Positions 59,001 to 64,000 of a stretch of 64,000 bases of DNA are shown in pieces. This DNA comes from Auanema rhodensis (Eukaryota > Animalia > Nematoda). The stretch lies in NCBI GenBank assembly GCA_964057225.1, contig OZ059899.1, forward strand, positions 16,864,001 to 16,928,000, read 5' to 3'. Position 1 is the stretch's first letter; the number at the start of each line of letters is the position of its first letter. The notes below the pieces were generated by a model. That model did not search any database. It was given only the letters and a program-made list of their open reading frames with translations, and was not told the origin of the DNA. The translations under genes were made by a program, and so were the position numbers.

Positions 59001-62000
59001 GCATCTCTTTATCTTTCACGTGAAGCGAGTTACATACCATGTGCACTTCACTTCTACATTTAATTAGCATAAATTAAAGTTCACGTGAATTTCAAAGTCA
59101 TGGTTACCATGCACCAATATCAATAATATTATGTTTTTAGACTAATATGGACACGCCGAATTCAAATTTGAAAACAGTATCTCTTTATCTTTTACCGGAA
59201 TTGAGTTACACAACATGTGCACTTCACTTGTACATTTAATTAGCATAAATTAAAGTTCACGTGAATTTCAAAGTCATGGTTACCATGCACCAATATCAAT
59301 AATATTATGTTTTAAGACTAATATGGACACGCGGAATTCAAATTTGAAAACAGTATCTCTTTATCTTTCACGGGAAGCGAGTTACATACCATGTGCACTT
59401 CACTTGTACATTTAATTAGCATAAATTAAAGTTCACGTGAATTTCAAAGTCATGGTTACCATGCACCAATATCAATAATATTATGTTTTTAGACTAATAT
59501 GGACATGGGGAATCTAATTTTGAGAACTGCATCTCTTTATCTTTCACGTGAAGCGAGTTACATACCATGTGCACTTCACTTCTACATTTAATTAGCATAA
59601 ATTAAAGTTCACGTGAATTTCAAAGTCATGGTTACCATGCACCAATATCAATAATATTATGTTTTAAGACTAATATGGACACGCGGAATTCAAATTTGAA
59701 AACAGTATCTCTTTATCTTTTACCGGAATTGAGTTACACAACATGTGCACTTCACTTGTACATTTAATTAGCATAAATTAAAGTTAACGTGAATTTCAAA
59801 GTCATGGTTACCATGCACCAATATCAATAAAAATTTGTTTTTAGACTAATATGGACATGGGGAATCTAATTTTGAGAACTGCATCTCTTTATCTTTCACG
59901 TGAAGCGAGTTACATACCATGTGCACTTCACTTCTACATTTAATTAGCATAAATTAAAGTTCACGTGAATTTCAAAGTCATGGTTACCATGCACCAATAT
60001 CAATAATATTATGTTTTTAGACTAATATGGACACGCCGAATTCAAATTTGAAAACAGTATCTCTTTATCTTTTACCGGAATTGAGTTACACAACATGTGC
60101 ACTTCACTTGTACATTTAATTAGCATAAATTAAAGTTCACGTGAATTTCAAAGTCATGGTTACCATGCACCAATATCAATAATATTATGTTTTAAGACTA
60201 ATATGGACACGCGGAATTCAAATTTGAAAACAGTATCTCTTTATCTTTCACGGGAAGCGAGTTACATACCATGTGCACTTCACTTGTACATTTAATTAGC
60301 ATAAATTAAAGTTCACGTGAATTTCAAAGTCATGGTTACCATGCACCAATATCAATAATATTATGTTTTAAGACTAATATGGACACGCGGAATTCAAATT
60401 TGAAAACAGTATCTCTTTATCTTTCACGGGAAGCGAGTTACATACCATGTGCACTTCACTTGTACATTTAATTAGCATAAATTAAAGTTCACGTGAATTT
60501 CAAAGTCATGGTTACCATGCACCAATATCAATAATATTATGTTTTAAGACTAATATGGACACGCGGAATTCAAATTTGAAAACAGTATCTCTTTATCTTT
60601 CACGGGAAGCGAGTTACATACCATGTGCACTTCACTTGTACATTTAATTAGCATAAATTAAAGTTCACGTGAATTTCAAAGTCATGGTTACCATGCACCA
60701 ATATCAATAATATTATGTTTTTAGACTAACATGGACACGCCAAATTCAAATTTGAAAACAGTATCTCTTTATCTTTCACGGGAAGCGAGTTACATACCAT
60801 GTGCACTTCACTTCTACATTTAATTAGCATAAATTAAAGTTCACGTGAATTTCAAAGTCATGGTTACCATGCACCAATATCAATAATATTATGTTTTTAG
60901 ACTAACATGGACACGCCGAATTCAAATTTGAAAACAGTATCTCTTTATCTTTTACCGGAATTGAGTTACACAACATGTGCACTTCACTTGTACATTTAAT
61001 TAGCATAAATTAAAGTTCACGTGAATTTCAAAGTCATGGTTACCATGCACCAATATCAATAATATTATGTTTTTAGACTAATATGGACACGCGGAATTCA
61101 AATTTGAAAACAGTATCTCTTTATCTTTCACGGGAAGCGAGTTACATACCATGTGCACTTCACTTGTACATTTAATTAGCATAAATTAAAGTTCACGTGA
61201 ATTTCAAAGTCATGGTTACCATGCACCAATATCAATAATATTATGTTTTTAGACTAATATGGACACGCCGAATTCAAATTTGAAAACAGTATCTCTTTAT
61301 CTTTCACGGGAAGCGAGTTACATACCATATGCACTTCACTTCTACATTTAATTAGCATAAATTAAAGTTCACGTAAATATCAAAGTCATGGTTACCATGC
61401 ACCAATATCAATAATATTATGTTTTAAGACTAATATGGACACGCGGAATTCAAATTTGAAAACAGTATCTCTTTATCTTTCACGGGAAGCGAGTTACATA
61501 CCATGTGCACTTCACTTCTACATTTAATTAGCATAAATTAAAGTTCACGTGAATTTCAAAGTCATGGTTACCATACACCAATATCAATAATATTATGTTT
61601 TTAGACTAACATGGACACGCCGAATTCAAATTTGAAAACAGTATCTCTTTATCTTTCACGGGAAGCGAGTTACATACCATGTGCACTTCACTTCTACATT
61701 TAAATAGCATAAATTAAAGTTCACGTGAATTTCAAAGTCATGGTTACCATGCACCAATATCAATAATATTATGTTTTTAGACTAATATGGACACGCCGAA
61801 TTCAAATTTGAACACAGTATCTCTTTATCTTTCACGGGAAGCGAGTTACATACCATGTGCACTTCACTTGTACATTTAATTAGCATAAATTAAAGTTCAC
61901 GTGAATTTCAAAGTCATGGTTACCATGCACCAATATCAATAATATTATGTTTTAAGACTAATATGGACACGCGGAATTCAAATTTGAAAACAGTATCTCT

Positions 62001-64000
62001 TTATCTTTCACGGGAAGCGAGTTACATACCATATGCACTTCACTTCTACATTTAATTAGCATAAATTAAAGTTCACGTAAATATCAAAGTCATGGTTACC
62101 ATGCACCAATATCAATAATATTATGTTTTTAGACTAATATGGACACGCGGAATTCAAATTTGAAAACAGTATCTCTTTATCTTTCACGGGAAGCGAGTTA
62201 CATACCATGTGCACTTCACTTCTACATTTAAATAGCATAAATTAAAGTTCACGTGAATTTCAAAGTCATGGTTACCATGCACCAATATCAATAATATTAT
62301 GTTTTTAGACTAATATGGACACGCCGAATTCAAATTTGAACACAGTATCTCTTTATCTTTCACGGGAAGCGAGTTACATACCATGTGCACTTCACTTGTA
62401 CATTTAATTAGCATAAATTAAAGTTCACGTGAATTTCAAAGTCATGGTTACCATGCACCAATATCAATAATATTATGTTTTAAGACTAATATGGACACGC
62501 GGAATTCAAATTTGAAAACAGTATCTCTTTATCTTTCACGGGAAGCGAGTTACATACCATGTGCACTTCACTTGTACATTTAATTAGCATAAATTAAAGT
62601 TCACGTGAATTTCAAAGTCATGGTTACCATGCACCAATATCAATAATATTATGTTTTTAGACTAATATGGACACGCCGAATTCAAATTTGAAAACAGTAT
62701 CTCTTTATCTTTCACGGGAAGCGAGTTACATACCATGTGCACTTCACTTCTACATTTAATTAGCATAAATTAAAGTTCACGTGAATTTCAAAGTCATGGT
62801 TACCATACACCAATATCAATAATATTATGTTTTTAGACTAACATGGACACGCCGAATTCAAATTTGAAAACAGTATCTCTTTATCTTTCACGGGAAGCGA
62901 GTTACATACCATGTGCACTTCACTTCTACATTTAAATAGCATAAATTAAAGTTCACGTGAATTTCAAAGTCATGGTTACCATGCACCAATATCAATAATA
63001 TTATGTTTTTAGACTAATATGGACACGCCGAATTCAAATTTGAACACAGTATCTCTTTATCTTTCACGGGAAGCGAGTTACATACCATGTGCACTTCACT
63101 TGTACATTTAATTAGCATAAATTAAAGTTCACGTGAATTTCAAAGTCATGGTTACCATGCACCAATATCAATAATATTATGTTTTAAGACTAATATGGAC
63201 ACGCGGAATTCAAATTTGAAAACAGTATCTCTTTATCTTTCACGGGAAGCGAGTTACATACCATATGCACTTCACTTCTACATTTAATTAGCATAAATTA
63301 AAGTTCACGTAAATATCAAAGTCATGGTTACCATGCACCAATATCAATAATATTATGTTTTTAGACTAATATGGACACGCGGAATTCAAATTTGAAAACA
63401 GTATCTCTTTATCTTTTACCGGAATTGAGTTACACAACATGTGCACTTCACTTGTACATTTAAGTAGCATAAATTAAAGTTCACGTGAATTTCAAAGTCA
63501 TGGTTACCATGCACCAATATCAATAATATTATGTTTTTAGACTAATATGGACACGCCGAATTCAAATTTGAACACAGTATCTCTTTATCTTTCACGGGAA
63601 GCGAGTTACATACCATGTGCACTTCACTTGTATATTTAATTATCATAAATCAAAGTTCACGTGAATTTCAAAGTCATGGTCACCATGCACCAATATCAAT
63701 AATATTATGTTTTTAGACTAATATGGACACGCCGAATTCAAATTTGAACACAGTATCTCTTTATCTTTCACGGGAAGCGAGTTACATACCATGTGCACTT
63801 CACTTGTACATTTAATTAGCATAAATTAAAGTTCACGTGAATTTCAAAGTCATGGTTACCATGCACCAATATCAATAATATTATGTTTTTAGACTAACAT
63901 GGACACGCCAAATTCAAATTTGAAAACAGTATCTCTTTATCTTTTACCGGAATTGAGTTACACAACATGTGCACTTCACTTGTACATTTAATTAGCATAA

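Larger units (their letters stand above)
5443..64000. repeat. 176-bp tandem satellite array (332 complete monomers plus a partial; runs off the window end)
   Basis: TCAATAATATTATG recurs at 5443, 5619, 5795 and so on. The last monomer starts at 63872 = 5443 + 332x176 - 3. Type-A monomer (5795-5970): TCAATAATATTATGTTTTTAGACTAATATGGACACGCGGAATTCAAATTTGAAAACAGTATCTCTTTATCTTTTACCGGAATTGAGTTACACAACATGTGCACTTCACTTGTACATTTAATTAGCATAAATTAAAGTTCACGTGAATTTCAAAGTCATGGTTACCATGCACCAATA. All copies are in one orientation, I saw no insertions, and the ORF track lists no ORF in the array. Confidence 0.99.

Noticed and set aside
5443-64000. CRISPR array (constant segments alternating with variable segments)
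   Set aside because: The variable parts are a few allelic forms of the same sequence rather than unique spacers. The period is 176 bp, the context is eukaryotic and there are no cas genes.
5443-64000. Tandem RNA gene cluster (5S rRNA, tRNA, SL RNA, snRNA) or repetitive coding sequence
   Set aside because: No recognisable 5S, tRNA or SL1 (GGTTTAATTACCCAAGTTTGAG) sequence. The unit length is not a multiple of three and the ORF track lists nothing here. An Rfam/Infernal scan would be the formal test.

Overview
Eukaryotic, AT-rich DNA, very probably from a nematode (40-55 nt introns, TTTCAG/TTTTAG acceptors); the species cannot be identified from the sequence. About 5.4 kb of unique sequence is followed by a satellite that fills the rest of the window. 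The unique part holds an intact 9-exon minus-strand gene (548-2980, 392 aa by manual splicing) for a TENT5/FAM46 non-canonical poly(A) polymerase, which the ORF track shows only as fragments. Upstream of it is a cluster of three perfect CRE/ATF sites (TGACGTCA), one inside a 26-bp near-perfect palindrome. From 5443 to the window end runs a head-to-tail 176-bp satellite: 332 complete monomers plus a 129-bp partial. The monomer is dense in short palindromes, including TTCACGTGAA (E-box/CLEAR-like). It occurs as three main variants (A, B, C) plus chimeras, arranged in nested higher-order repeats of 3, 6, 8, 12, 23, 28 and about 40-70 monomers, with a sharp change in variant composition at about 23.7 kb. 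The satellite begins abruptly. Two GGC-N3-GCC dyads lie between the gene and the array, which suggests, but does not show, a programmed-DNA-elimination or chromosome-breakage boundary.
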